Shown piece after piece: positions 27,311 through 36,921 of a DNA stretch of 40,000 nt (the stretch's first letter is position 1; every line of letters starts with the position of its first letter). The notes beneath the pieces were generated by a model that was not told the origin of the DNA, made no database searches, and saw nothing but the letters and a program-made list of their open reading frames with translations. The position numbers and the translations under genes were made by a program. The DNA is from an uncultured Nitrososphaerota archaeon (GTDB lineage: Archaea > Thermoproteota > Nitrososphaeria > Nitrososphaerales > Nitrosopumilaceae), in assembly GCA_963835875.1 (NCBI GenBank), contig CAWIGX010000003.1, positions 498,100 through 538,099 of the forward strand, in the 5' to 3' direction.

Positions 27311-28426
27311 TTATTCTTTTTGTAAACAAAAATTTTTCAATTCAATACACTTCATCTTCATTATAGTGATCTCTTCCATCATCTGGTAACCGTCTTTTCT
27401 TCTAATTCCAGTTCTTGCCTTGTAATCTCTTTTCCTATCAAATATTGTAGAAAGCAAATCAATGTATTTTTTCTTCAATTCATCAGATAAAACCACAATT
27501 CCATCCCTTGAAAAAACATAATCCTTCTTTCTTATCTGATCCTGAATCTCAAATACACTTCTATCTATCAGATGCCTAAACGGTTCTATCATGTCATACA
27601 CTAGAGCCAGATGGGAATCATGATTTCTGTGATAAAATCCTACAAAACAATCCAGACCTAATACATTGAGTTGCTTTGCAATCTCTGAATATAATATAGA
27701 AAATCCATAATTTAGAAGACCATTGATTACATCTGAAGCATCTTTTGGCCTGAAATGCCTAACATTGTTTCTTGAATTAAATTTCAATTCAGGGTTTACT
27801 AGCAAGGATAAAGTTGGATAATACAATTTGGCAATATCACTTTCTACCTTCATTATTTCTCGTAGTTCGTGAGCAGAGGATAAGTTTTGGAAGCGTTGCT
27901 TGATCAGTAAAATTACATTTCTGATCTTTTCTTTTGCTTCAGGTTTTACCTTGAGAGAATAATTCATAGCAGTTTGGTTATTGCAGACCTGCCAAGCTTT
28001 ATTGTATGAATTATAGACTTGTTTTGGTTCTGCAATAAATTCCTCAAACAATTTGATCTGTGATTCAATCTTTTGAAAGACTAACCACTTTCTAAGAAAT
28101 TCTAACTTTTTTGGATCCCTAAAGGCATCATATTGATTTTGCCTAATTAGAGGCTCATGACCGCCTATCTTGTGAAAATAACTAAATAACTTGCCACGTT
28201 TATCAAGCATTACAACATTGATGTTGGATTCTGCAAGACGTTCTAATGATTCTGTTGAAACATAACCCTTCCCTTGAATCACTACTTTATCAAATGGGCA
28301 TGCCGAAGATGGTAGTTCTAAAATTTCCCTTTTACCATTGAAGGGATCAATTCCTTGAGAAAAGACCAGTCTTGTATTTTGTACCTTTATTGAAAGACCG
28401 TAACCGCGTAAGAATAATGATCTCAT
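27311..28426 (-). CDS. cas1: Cas1 homologue (casposase)
   Basis: N-terminal beta domain LFLRGYGLSIKVQNTRLVF. Catalytic-region pattern VESDIAKLYY (Glu), NGLLNYGFSILY, GFYHRNHDSHLALVYDMIEPFRHLIDR (His, Asp/Glu). 371 aa. No cas2, cas4 or CRISPR array anywhere in the window. Confidence 0.85.
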   Translation of the reverse strand: MRSLFLRGYGLSIKVQNTRLVFSQGIDPFNGKREILELPSSACPFDKVVIQGKGYVSTESLERLAESNINVVMLDKRGKLFSYFHKIGGHEPLIRQNQYDAFRDPKKLEFLRKWLVFQKIESQIKLFEEFIAEPKQVYNSYNKAWQVCNNQTAMNYSLKVKPEAKEKIRNVILLIKQRFQNLSSAHELREIMKVESDIAKLYYPTLSLLVNPELKFNSRNNVRHFRPKDASDVINGLLNYGFSILYSEIAKQLNVLGLDCFVGFYHRNHDSHLALVYDMIEPFRHLIDRSVFEIQDQIRKKDYVFSRDGIVVLSDELKKKYIDLLSTIFDRKRDYKARTGIRRKDGYQMMEEITIMKMKCIELKNFCLQKE

Positions 28427-28428
28427 GA

Positions 28429-28920
28429 CTACGGATTTTTACACTGATAGGCGCAGATTATTGTTATGAACCAAGTAATTGTTACAAGAAAAGCGAGTAA
28501 CATTCCAAACATTATGCCTAGAGTTATCATAGTCTCTTTGTTCATCTTTTTTTCTTCTTCTTGGTCTGGTGTACCAATTTTAATGAGAGCGAAAATGAAC
28601 CAACCGATAGGAACAAGAAAACACACCACTGAAATTAGATAGTAACTCACTTTTGCTAATAACGGAATCGAGGCTACCGTTGGGGCAACCAAGTACAGCA
28701 ATAATTCCAGTGATTTTACAACCTTTGGATTATGTTTTCTTAACCTCTTCCAGTAAAGAAAAGTAATTCCAGCTCCAGACGCACCGGAGATAGCAATCAA
28801 TTGTTGCAAATCATAACTAATAACAATTGTAGGCTTATGGAATAGAATAAGATAGATCAAAAATGCTGCAACTACTAGATCTAGTCCTGCAAGAATTATT
28901 TTCTTGATCTTTAGATCCAC
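28429..28920 (-). CDS. integral membrane protein (about 5 TM) immediately upstream of cas1
   Basis: Its stop is 2 nt from the cas1 ATG. It starts about 30 nt inside the right TIR. Confidence 0.5.
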   Translation of the reverse strand: MDLKIKKIILAGLDLVVAAFLIYLILFHKPTIVISYDLQQLIAISGASGAGITFLYWKRLRKHNPKVVKSLELLLYLVAPTVASIPLLAKVSYYLISVVCFLVPIGWFIFALIKIGTPDQEEEKKMNKETMITLGIMFGMLLAFLVTITWFITIICAYQCKNP

Positions 28921-28947
28921 ACAATCTTAGTTATTTACACAAGCATA

Positions 28948-29000
28948 ACCTTTACGAGAAGCGTCATGTTTTCAAGCGTAAAGTGGGGGTGTTCTATTTT
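28948..29000 (-). repeat. right terminal inverted repeat
   Basis: The reverse complement reads AAAATAGAACACCCCCACTTTACGCTTGAAAACATGACGCTTCTCGTAAAGGT. Confidence 0.8.
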
Positions 29001-29015
29001 TATAGAACCTCAATA
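29001..29015. repeat. right target-site duplication TATAGAACCTCAATA
   Basis: Identical to 16749..16763. It is followed by AAAATAGA, which also equals the element terminus. Confidence 0.8.
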
Positions 29016-29068
29016 AAAATAGAGAGTCATTTATCAAAATTTAAAAGAAAATTTTAAAAATAAGAGAA

Positions 29069-30433
29069 CTAAGGTACTACGTTTATCGCAGCACTAGGTG
29101 GATTACCCTCTCGAACTACTGTAATCTTTACTGTGCTACTATCTGAACCATATTCGTTGGTTACTGTGAGTTTGAATTCTACTACTTTTTGTTGGTTATA
29201 GTCAACAATTGGTGAATAGAATGCTGGTTGAGCAGTACCACTTAATATCAAAGTGACTGGTGCACCGCTAATTTGCTGCCACTGGTATTTTAGATTCACA
29301 CCTGTGCTAGCAGTTCCATCCAATACAACTCTGCTATTTGGATCAACAGTTTGATCTGTACCGGCATTAGCTACTGGAGGCTGTCCTGGTGTTGGCATAT
29401 TGTTAACATTTACAGTGACAGAACATGATGGAATATCAACAAGATTATCAGTAACATCTAGTGTAAATTGAAGTTTACCACTTGGACCATTTGGTGTTGG
29501 AGCTACAAATGATGGAGTCATGTCAGTATTAGATGACAATTGTACCGGTTGTCCAGAAACCTGTCTCCAGTAATATGATATGGTATCACCACTTGGATTT
29601 GCAACTGATAATGGTAGTCTAACTAGAGAGTTTGAATTAACTGAAGCATCTTGACATGTGACAGTTGGATCTTGGTGAATACTCTTGACTGTAACTTGGC
29701 TCATAGCAGATGCCTTTCCTCCGTGTCCATCATCTGCACTAAATACGAATAACAAAATAGCAGTTTGACCAGGTGGTACTGCTGGTGCAACAAATGATGT
29801 ACTAGTGGTATCAATTGAGGATAATTGGACACTTGAACCAGAATATTGACCCCATGAAAGTGTCAATGGATCATTATCTTGGTCTGTTGCTGTACCTGTG
29901 AGAGAAACTTGTGTTCCTTCATCAACAACTTGATCAGAATTTACTTTAACTACTGGAGGATGATTAACATGTAAAACTATAATGTTGAATGTTGTTGTAT
30001 CTTTTAGCCCATATCCATCATCTACAGTTAATGATAATGTTAAAGATTTGACTTGATTTGCAGGAACTGATGGAGTTATGAAAGATATAACTGGAACATT
30101 AGAACTTGGAGAGAAAGTTACTGCGTCACCTGAAGTTTGTCCCCACTGATATGACAATGTCTTGCCCATATCAGGAGTTGTTGATTTGAGACCTGAAAGT
30201 GTTACTTTAGTATTTTCGTTGACTATAATGCTATTTGCCAATGCGCCTTGTAAGAAATATTGGTTCAGAGTACCAGATTTAGCAACATTTGCGGTATAGA
30301 AATTAGTACAGTAAATATTACCAGTACCTTGGAATTGTTGAATACATTGTTCAAGGGCTTGTCCTGCAGCGTCACTGCTTCCTGTGCTAGTTTGAGCATA
30401 TGCAGCCATTGGTAATACAGAAGAGAAAATCAT
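29069..30433 (-). CDS. secreted/surface protein with four PKD/Ig-like repeats
   Basis: Four ~90-aa modules each carry Y-x-W-x-Q-x-SG-x-x-V (YQWGQTSGDAVTF, LSWGQYSGSSVQL, YYWRQVSGQPVQL, YQWQQISGAPVTL). The N-terminus is probably longer: a TTG at 30470 gives MNYKFFAPILV in the -1-nt frame and is preceded by a TATA-like TTTTTTAATAA. 29069..30470 is 3n+1. Confidence 0.7.
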   Translation of the reverse strand: MIFSSVLPMAAYAQTSTGSSDAAGQALEQCIQQFQGTGNIYCTNFYTANVAKSGTLNQYFLQGALANSIIVNENTKVTLSGLKSTTPDMGKTLSYQWGQTSGDAVTFSPSSNVPVISFITPSVPANQVKSLTLSLTVDDGYGLKDTTTFNIIVLHVNHPPVVKVNSDQVVDEGTQVSLTGTATDQDNDPLTLSWGQYSGSSVQLSSIDTTSTSFVAPAVPPGQTAILLFVFSADDGHGGKASAMSQVTVKSIHQDPTVTCQDASVNSNSLVRLPLSVANPSGDTISYYWRQVSGQPVQLSSNTDMTPSFVAPTPNGPSGKLQFTLDVTDNLVDIPSCSVTVNVNNMPTPGQPPVANAGTDQTVDPNSRVVLDGTASTGVNLKYQWQQISGAPVTLILSGTAQPAFYSPIVDYNQQKVVEFKLTVTNEYGSDSSTVKITVVREGNPPSAAINVVP

Positions 30434-30602
30434 TACAGACTAGAATTGGTGCAAAAAATTTGTAATTCAACTTGATGAATCTAAATTTTAGATTATTAAA
30501 AAACCTTTCTCTCAATTTAGAACATTAGGAGGATCAATTTTTTGATCTAAAAACACTGTTAGGATATGTCAATTTCATCGATTTCAGACAATAATCGAAG
30601 AC

Positions 30603-31617
30603 TCATTGTATATTATTCCCGATAAATGATAAAACTTCATCCATTGTCGGTGGAATTCCAAGAGAATTACGGACATATAATGAGGCAGTAGCATTTGCAA
30701 GTCCAAGTCTTTCAAGAGGATCAAGGTTAGCAAGATAACCAAGTAGATTTGCAGCATCCCAAACATCTCCAGCCCCCGTTACAAACTTTGGTTGTACTTG
30801 GAAAGATTTGACAAATTCAACCTCTTTTCCGTTTGACCAATAGGATCCTGTGGATGTATGAAGATCTATGGGTATGGAAGATCTTTTCAGCTAATTCAAG
30901 TACCAGTTTTCTGGTTTCGCTCTCTCCAGAAATTATGTCTAATCCCACCTGTTTGAGAAGAATATTACATTCATTTTCATTAATACATAAAGAATCTAAA
31001 TCATCTGCAAGTTTGGTTAATGCATCTTTGAATTCTTTTGGTCTTGTTTGTATGTCAGCAGGATCCAAGAAGTGAAATGCAGATGTAGATTGTGAAAAGG
31101 CAAATTGTGAAAGTTCAGTCCCCTTTTCATTACTTGCCCAGTTTGTTACAATTACAGCATCTGCATTTTTTATTGCATTTTTCTCTTTCATTCCAAGCTT
31201 TTCAGGTCCAAAATTCTCATTATCACCTAAATCAGAGATCATTATGTTTACAATGTTTCCAGCATTGCTAAATTCAAGAGATGTTGTTCTTCCAGGTTTT
31301 CCATCAATTATAAAAAGTGAGACATTACTAAATTCAGAAAAAGTTTCATTAAGTATGTTGGAACAAGTTTTATCCGCGATTGTAATTAATGAGACTGGAC
31401 AACCAAGTCTTGCAAGTGCGTAGGCAACATTTGTTGCGTTTCCACCCTTCAGATCTGTTTGTGAAATTCCACGGATGCTTCCTCCCAATTTACTTTTTTC
31501 TAAAATTTGAGTGTAAAGATCATTCAAGTTTGGGATCCTGATGATACGATCTAGAAAAAAATCATTTAGTACAACAACTGAGTTGGTTAGTTTTAGATTG
31601 TGTAGCTTTTCTAACAT
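30603..31617 (-). pseudogene. PfkB-family carbohydrate/nucleoside kinase split by one surplus nucleotide
   Basis: The N-terminal ORF (30817..31617) carries GGNATNVAYALARLG. The frame that opens at 30890 reads SSIPIDLHTSTGSYWSNGKEVEFVKSFQVQPKFVTGAGDVWDAANLLGYL...GNNIQ*, which includes the PfkB signature TGAGD. The shift lies between 30820 and 30890, probably near 30880. The span is 1015 nt = 3n+1. Confidence 0.8.
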
Positions 31618-31625
31618 GAAAAGGC

Positions 31626-33251
31626 TTAGCCCATCGGAGGACCTCTTCCACCGCCACCTCGGCCGCCGGATGAGGCAATAACATCATCTATTCTAAGTAT
31701 CATACATGCAGCTTCTGTTGCAGATTTTATTATCTGCTCTTTTACTGCAACAGGCTCAATAATATCAATAGTAAACATATCTGCAACTCGAGTATTTCTT
31801 GCATCAATACCAGTCCATTTCTTTCCCTGACTGTGTTTTGCACGAAGTGTAACCATAGTATTGATTGGATCCATTCCTGCATTTTCAGCAATTGTAAGTG
31901 GAATTATTTCAAGAGCTTCAGCATATTTTTTGATTGCAAGTTGTTCTCTCCCTTCGAATCTATCAGCCCATTCTTTTAGATGAGAAGCCAGGTATTCTTC
32001 TGGGGCTCCACCTCCAGCTACAACTGCTGGTTTTTCTATTACATCTTTTACAACCATAAGTGAATCATGCATTGATCTATCAACCTCATCCACGACCCTT
32101 TGAGATCCTCCCCTAAGCAATAATGTGATAGCTTTTGGATTCTTGCAGCCTTCGATGAAGACCCATTTGTCTGTCTCAACTTTTCTCTGTTCAACAAGTT
32201 CTGCGGCACCCAAGTCCTTTGTAGTCATATCATCAATATTACTACTTATTCTACCTCCAGTTGCCTTGGCAAGCTTTGTCATATCACTTTCTTTTACTCT
32301 TCTTACTGAAAGTATGCCTTGTTTAGCTAGATAATGTTGTGCGATGTCATCTATACCCTTTTGACAAATCAGAACATTTGCACCAATTTGGTGAATCTTG
32401 TCTACCATGGATTTTAGCATTCTATTTTCCTCTTCAAGGAACATCTGCATCTGAGTAGGATCGCTAATTCTAATTTCCGCACTCATCTCAGTTTTTTCTA
32501 TCTCTAGAGCTGAATTTAGTAATGCAATTTTTGCTTTTTCTATTTTAGTTGGCATACCACTATGAACAACTTCTTTGTCAAGTACTATACCTTTGATAAA
32601 TTGAGTATTTCTAATAGAACCACCTGCTTTCTTTTCCACTTTAATATTGTCTAGATCCACTCTATGTCCATCTGCTTCTTTTTCTACAACCTGTAGAATT
32701 GAATCGACCACGAGTTTGGATAGCATATCACTATCTTCTGAGATGAGTTTTGACTGCATGCTAGTTTTGGCAATTTTAAGTAGAACTTCTCTTTCATTTG
32801 GACTTACTTGCTTTGCCATTTCTGTAAGAAGTAGGAGTGCTTTTTCTGCTGCTGCTTGATAGCCTTCAATAATTACTGTAGCATGAACATCTTTTTCTAA
32901 AAGCTCTTCAGCCTTTGCTAAAAGAGCACCAGCAAATACTACAGATGATGTTGTTCCATCGCCTACTTCATTATCAACAGTTTTTGAAATTTCAACCATC
33001 ATTTTTGCAGCTGGATGTTGTACATCAATTTCTTTGAGAATTGTTGCACCATCGTTTGTAATTGTAACGTCACCTAAGGAATCGACAAGCATTTTATCCA
33101 TGCCACGCGGGCCAAGACTAGTTCTTACAAGCTCTGCGACTAGCTTTGACGCAGCAATGTTGTTCTTCTGTGCATCACGACCCTTTTGTTGTAATGCACT
33201 TTCTTTTAGTACTAAAACAGGTCCTTGTGGTGTTTGTTGAATAGATGCCAA
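31626..33251 (-). CDS. ths: thermosome subunit (group II chaperonin)
   Basis: [21 protein letters not shown] and VGDGTTSSV, with a Gly/Arg-rich C-terminal tail. Confidence 0.95.
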   Translation of the reverse strand: MASIQQTPQGPVLVLKESALQQKGRDAQKNNIAASKLVAELVRTSLGPRGMDKMLVDSLGDVTITNDGATILKEIDVQHPAAKMMVEISKTVDNEVGDGTTSSVVFAGALLAKAEELLEKDVHATVIIEGYQAAAEKALLLLTEMAKQVSPNEREVLLKIAKTSMQSKLISEDSDMLSKLVVDSILQVVEKEADGHRVDLDNIKVEKKAGGSIRNTQFIKGIVLDKEVVHSGMPTKIEKAKIALLNSALEIEKTEMSAEIRISDPTQMQMFLEEENRMLKSMVDKIHQIGANVLICQKGIDDIAQHYLAKQGILSVRRVKESDMTKLAKATGGRISSNIDDMTTKDLGAAELVEQRKVETDKWVFIEGCKNPKAITLLLRGGSQRVVDEVDRSMHDSLMVVKDVIEKPAVVAGGGAPEEYLASHLKEWADRFEGREQLAIKKYAEALEIIPLTIAENAGMDPINTMVTLRAKHSQGKKWTGIDARNTRVADMFTIDIIEPVAVKEQIIKSATEAACMILRIDDVIASSGGRGGGGRGPPMG

Positions 33252-33295
33252 AATTAATCCCTTAGTTCGTGTTATTAGTTGCCCCTTTTAATACC

Positions 33296-35092
33296 TTATT
33301 GGTTAGGATTCAAGATATTCAGATATCTTCTATTTTTTACGTCTACAACGCCAGTGTGTAAGATTCTGATCTCAGGCAATGCAAGAAAAGGTAAGAAAAG
33401 AGGTATTAGATGAGGATTTTTAAATTTACACCCGGTTTCTAAGAGTTTAGAATCTATACCAGAATATTCAGCTAATGTTTTTTCAAAAGGTAATATGGAT
33501 ATAAGACCAGCAAGTGGCAGTGAAAATTTACTTAGAATATTGCCGTTTTTAGCTACCAACATTCCTCCTTGCATTTTAGTCAAATTATTTGCAACAAAGG
33601 CCATGTCTTTTTCATTTGAACCTACAACTATCATATCATTTTCATGAAAACTCTGTGTACACCCAAATGCCCCAATGTCAGCGCCAAAATTTCTCAAAAA
33701 TGCTACAGTTTTTTTTCCAGTGCCATATGTTCTATCAATAGCAGCTACCTTCCACACATCTTTGTCATGTGATGGCATAACATTGCCATTTCTTACAGGA
33801 AGCTCCTCTTGATCCATTTTTGTTATTATTTCAGTGTCAAGTCGAATAACCAGTGCTTGTGCAGAGTTTTCTTTACTTTGTATTACAAAGTCTTTTTCTC
33901 TAAACTTTATTCCTGTTTTTACAGTTTTTTGCATCCAACCAGGAATCACGGTTTTAGGTATATCTACTACAAGACTATTATGAGCCACCATCAATTTTCC
34001 ACCTACAAAGACTTTACTTGGTTTGATCTTTTCCAAATCATCAAAAACAAGAATATCTGCTAGCTTACCAGGGGCAATAGCCCCACGGTCTTTGCTCATT
34101 CCATAATATTCAAAAGAATTCTTTGATGCAATTGTTATAGCATCTATTGGATCCATACCAATAGAGATAGCTTTTCGTATACAATGATCAATCATACCAT
34201 ATTCAGCAAGGTCCTTTGGAGTGACCCCATCCGTACAGAACATTAGTCTGTCGAGATAGGTTTTATGAGATAGTATGTTAGGTAAGATTTTATCAAGATC
34301 TCGTCTTATAGAACCTTCTCTCATCATAATCCACATTCCAAGTCTCAATCTTTCCAAGACTTGATCATAGTCAATTGGTTCATGACATGAGAAAATTCCA
34401 GATGCGATGTAGGCATTTAGTTTTTTATCACTTGCACCAGCTGTATGACCATTTATGATGCCATTATTTTTTAAAACATGGTATATACTTTCAATAGTTT
34501 TAGGATCTCTTGTTGTAACTTTGGTCCAAGAGAATACTTCGCCTAAGCCAACTACATTTTCTATGTCTAGCCCTTTTCGCTCTTCTTTCTTGGTTAATGT
34601 TCTTGCATGACTAAATTTTCTGTCAACTGGCAATCCCCCTGGAATCACATGATAAACTCTGATTGGTAGACTCTGCGTCATTTTAACAAATTCCCTGAAT
34701 CCTTTGTAACCGCAAACACTTACAACATCAATTGGATCTGAAAACAAAGTCGTAGTACCTGACAAAAGTGATTTTTTTGCAAGTTCTGATGGGAGTACAT
34801 ATTGATCTATGTGGATATGAGGATCAACAAATCCTGGTGTGATGTATCTATCTTGTAAATCAATGACTCCGGTTTTCTCTCCAACAGTATGAGATGCATC
34901 TTTTCCTACGTATGCAATCCTATCTTTTTTTATTGCTACATGAATTTGAGGTATAATTTCTCTAGAATAGACGTTAACTAGTCTACAATTTTTTAATACA
35001 ATATCTGCCTTGTTTTCACCCATTGCTACTGCATTGAGTGATAAAATCATGGAGGCAAGTGAGCTGGCCTTCATAGAATAGATATAACCCAA
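33296..35092 (-). CDS. ade: adenine deaminase
   Basis: Amidohydrolase metal motif FVDPHIHID and GHTAGASDKKLNAYIASGIFSCHE. The ~600-aa length includes the adenine deaminase C-terminal domain. The start codon is uncertain. Confidence 0.8.
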   Translation of the reverse strand: MGYIYSMKASSLASMILSLNAVAMGENKADIVLKNCRLVNVYSREIIPQIHVAIKKDRIAYVGKDASHTVGEKTGVIDLQDRYITPGFVDPHIHIDQYVLPSELAKKSLLSGTTTLFSDPIDVVSVCGYKGFREFVKMTQSLPIRVYHVIPGGLPVDRKFSHARTLTKKEERKGLDIENVVGLGEVFSWTKVTTRDPKTIESIYHVLKNNGIINGHTAGASDKKLNAYIASGIFSCHEPIDYDQVLERLRLGMWIMMREGSIRRDLDKILPNILSHKTYLDRLMFCTDGVTPKDLAEYGMIDHCIRKAISIGMDPIDAITIASKNSFEYYGMSKDRGAIAPGKLADILVFDDLEKIKPSKVFVGGKLMVAHNSLVVDIPKTVIPGWMQKTVKTGIKFREKDFVIQSKENSAQALVIRLDTEIITKMDQEELPVRNGNVMPSHDKDVWKVAAIDRTYGTGKKTVAFLRNFGADIGAFGCTQSFHENDMIVVGSNEKDMAFVANNLTKMQGGMLVAKNGNILSKFSLPLAGLISILPFEKTLAEYSGIDSKLLETGCKFKNPHLIPLFLPFLALPEIRILHTGVVDVKNRRYLNILNPNQ

Positions 35093-35141
35093 GAGACTAT
35101 TAAAGCGATGTTTAAATTACGGTCAACGCAGCTCATTTTTT

Positions 35142-35420
35142 ATGAATATGCCAAAGGAGATCAATAGGTTTTGTCCTAAATGTAACAAACATACAGTTCA
35201 AAAGGTTTCGATATACAAGGCAGGAAAAAGAAGAGGTTCTGCAATAGGTGAAAGAAGACACGCAGAAGATAAGAAAGGTTATGGTGGTCAGAAATTCCCC
35301 AAGTTAGCAAAACCAGCAAAGACTACTAAGAAGATTACTCCTATTATGACATGTCCAGAATGCAAGAAGAAATGGAATGTATCTGGAATAAGATTAAGAA
35401 AATTGGAGCTAGTTGCATAA
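35142..35420 (+). CDS. rpl44e: 50S ribosomal protein L44e
   Basis: CPKCNKHT...GYGGQ...CPECKK zinc-ribbon pattern, 92 aa. Confidence 0.9.
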   Translation: MNMPKEINRFCPKCNKHTVQKVSIYKAGKRRGSAIGERRHAEDKKGYGGQKFPKLAKPAKTTKKITPIMTCPECKKKWNVSGIRLRKLELVA

Positions 35421-35617
35421 TGAAAAGAGCCCATATTTGGATACCAAAACCAGGCAGCAAATTCCAAAGAGTACAATGTAAAGAATGCGGAGAAGAGAGT
35501 GTTGTTTACTCACATGTTTCTTCAATAGTCACATGCAAAGCTTGTGGGAATACTTTAGTCGAGCCAACTGGATCCATTGCAAAAACAAATGGAAAAATTT
35601 TAGGTAGCGCAGATTAG
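35420..35617 (+). CDS. rps27e: 30S ribosomal protein S27e
   Basis: MKRAHIWIPKPGSKFQRVQCKECGEESVVYSHVSSIVTCKACGNTLVEPTG. The ATG at 35420 overlaps the L44e stop. The track's upstream start at 35351 lies inside rpl44e. Confidence 0.85.
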   Translation: MKRAHIWIPKPGSKFQRVQCKECGEESVVYSHVSSIVTCKACGNTLVEPTGSIAKTNGKILGSAD

Positions 35618-36184
35618 GTCATAATCCTTTTTCGTATTCAGGTTAGTAGCTATTCTTTTATCATCAATAATTACGTATGATTCTGCTACATGCTGCATAT
35701 TTTTAATCTGTTTAGGATCAATAATTGATATTCCAGTATAAGCACATTCTTCATTATCATAATTAACAAAAAATTCTGCTTCAAATCCAAGTGATTGAAG
35801 GAAATTTTTTCTGACCAATATGCTTGTCCACATATTTTTTTTATTTATTAATTTTGTAATTTTTTGTATTATATCAGAATCTAAAAGTGGCATGTCACCA
35901 GAGGCTACAAAAATTAATTCATCAAACTTTTGAACAGACTCACCTAGGTCATTGACATATCCAGTTCCCTTAGTTTTCAATATATCAACTTCCATTCTAG
36001 AAACAAACTCACGTGTCTTTGGTGCATTATCACTTGTAACACATACTATCTTTGAAAAAATTTTTGAGTCTTCAAAAGCATTTAGGACATGTTCGATAAT
36101 GGGTTTTTTGTATTTTAAAAGAAGTTTTTCCTCTGATAACTTCATCCTAGTACCTTTACCTCCGCACATAACTAATCCTATCAT
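35600..36184 (-). CDS. cobY: adenosylcobinamide-phosphate guanylyltransferase, archaeal type
   Basis: NTP-transferase motif VMCGGKGTRMK, ~190 aa, last gene of the cobalamin cluster. Confidence 0.7.
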   Translation of the reverse strand: MIGLVMCGGKGTRMKLSEEKLLLKYKKPIIEHVLNAFEDSKIFSKIVCVTSDNAPKTREFVSRMEVDILKTKGTGYVNDLGESVQKFDELIFVASGDMPLLDSDIIQKITKLINKKNMWTSILVRKNFLQSLGFEAEFFVNYDNEECAYTGISIIDPKQIKNMQHVAESYVIIDDKRIATNLNTKKDYDLICAT

Positions 36185-36921
36185 GCTGATGCAAAAATCA
36201 ATAGTGATGCCAGTCTAATCAACTCATTACTTGCTCCAAATACATCACCTGATATTCCTCCAAAGCTCTTATTTGCAACTGCAAGCAATAAGAAAGAAAG
36301 TCCTACACATGATATGACTACAAATACTCCTGTCATACCCCCTAAAATCACGGTAGGTATTATAGCCAGTCCTACACCTGCAGCAAGTTTTTTTGGGTCT
36401 TTCATGTATTGAGTAAAAGGAGAACTAAGTCCTTGCCATGCTGAAAGACCTCGGTTAGCCTGTATTATCATTGAGAGTTTGGCCATTAATTCACTTAGTA
36501 GAATTGCCTCAAACAGTACAAAACCCTTCATCATGGAAATAGCCAGTATCATGCCTGCAGCATACAACACTACGGTAATTACTCCGGCAGAGCCAACTGC
36601 TGTATCTCTCATTGCTTTGAGTTTCTTTTCTTTTGTTCCTTTTGCCATCAGTCCATCCGCAAAATCACAAAGTGCATCAGTATGATGTATTCCTGTAATG
36701 ATGACAAGTGATCCTGTCAAGATCAAGCCAGTAACTAGAGGTTGGATAAATAAAGAAAGCCCGTAACCTGCAACACCAATTATCAGTCCAATAACAGCTC
36801 CTGCAATTGGAAAAAGATACATGTTCTTTGCAACAGTTTCTAGCTCACCATTCTTAGAAGGAATAATGGTTAGAAATGAGACTACTGATGATATTCCCTT
36901 AAACATTAAACCACCAACCAA
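36181..36921 (-). CDS. cobS: adenosylcobinamide-GDP ribazoletransferase (cobalamin synthase)
   Basis: Polytopic membrane protein with the SFLTIIP N-terminal motif. 4-nt overlap with cobY. Confidence 0.85.
   Translation of the reverse strand: MVGGLMFKGISSVVSFLTIIPSKNGELETVAKNMYLFPIAGAVIGLIIGVAGYGLSLFIQPLVTGLILTGSLVIITGIHHTDALCDFADGLMAKGTKEKKLKAMRDTAVGSAGVITVVLYAAGMILAISMMKGFVLFEAILLSELMAKLSMIIQANRGLSAWQGLSSPFTQYMKDPKKLAAGVGLAIIPTVILGGMTGVFVVISCVGLSFLLLAVANKSFGGISGDVFGASNELIRLASLLIFASA

Larger units (their letters stand above)
16764..29000. mobile_element. casposon (Cas1 casposase + protein-primed-type family B DNA polymerase), ~12.2 kb, inserted at the guaA 3' end
   Basis: 53-bp TIRs (45/53 identical by hand alignment), a 15-bp TSD, solo Cas1, PolB, and many ORFs with no housekeeping character. 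Core genes resume outside both ends. Confidence 0.85.

Noticed and set aside
27311-28426. Is Cas1 part of a CRISPR-Cas adaptation module?
   Set aside because: No cas2, cas4, effector genes or array occur in the 40-kb window. The gene lies inside an element with TIRs, a TSD and a PolB, which fits a casposase.
30584-30766. 60-aa minus-strand ORF
   Set aside because: It is the wrong frame of the pfkB C-terminal region. The neighbouring frame encodes the PfkB TGAGD signature.
35351-35419. Extended N-terminus of the S27e ORF given in the track
   Set aside because: It overlaps rpl44e in another frame. The conserved S27e sequence starts at the ATG at 35420, which overlaps the L44e stop.
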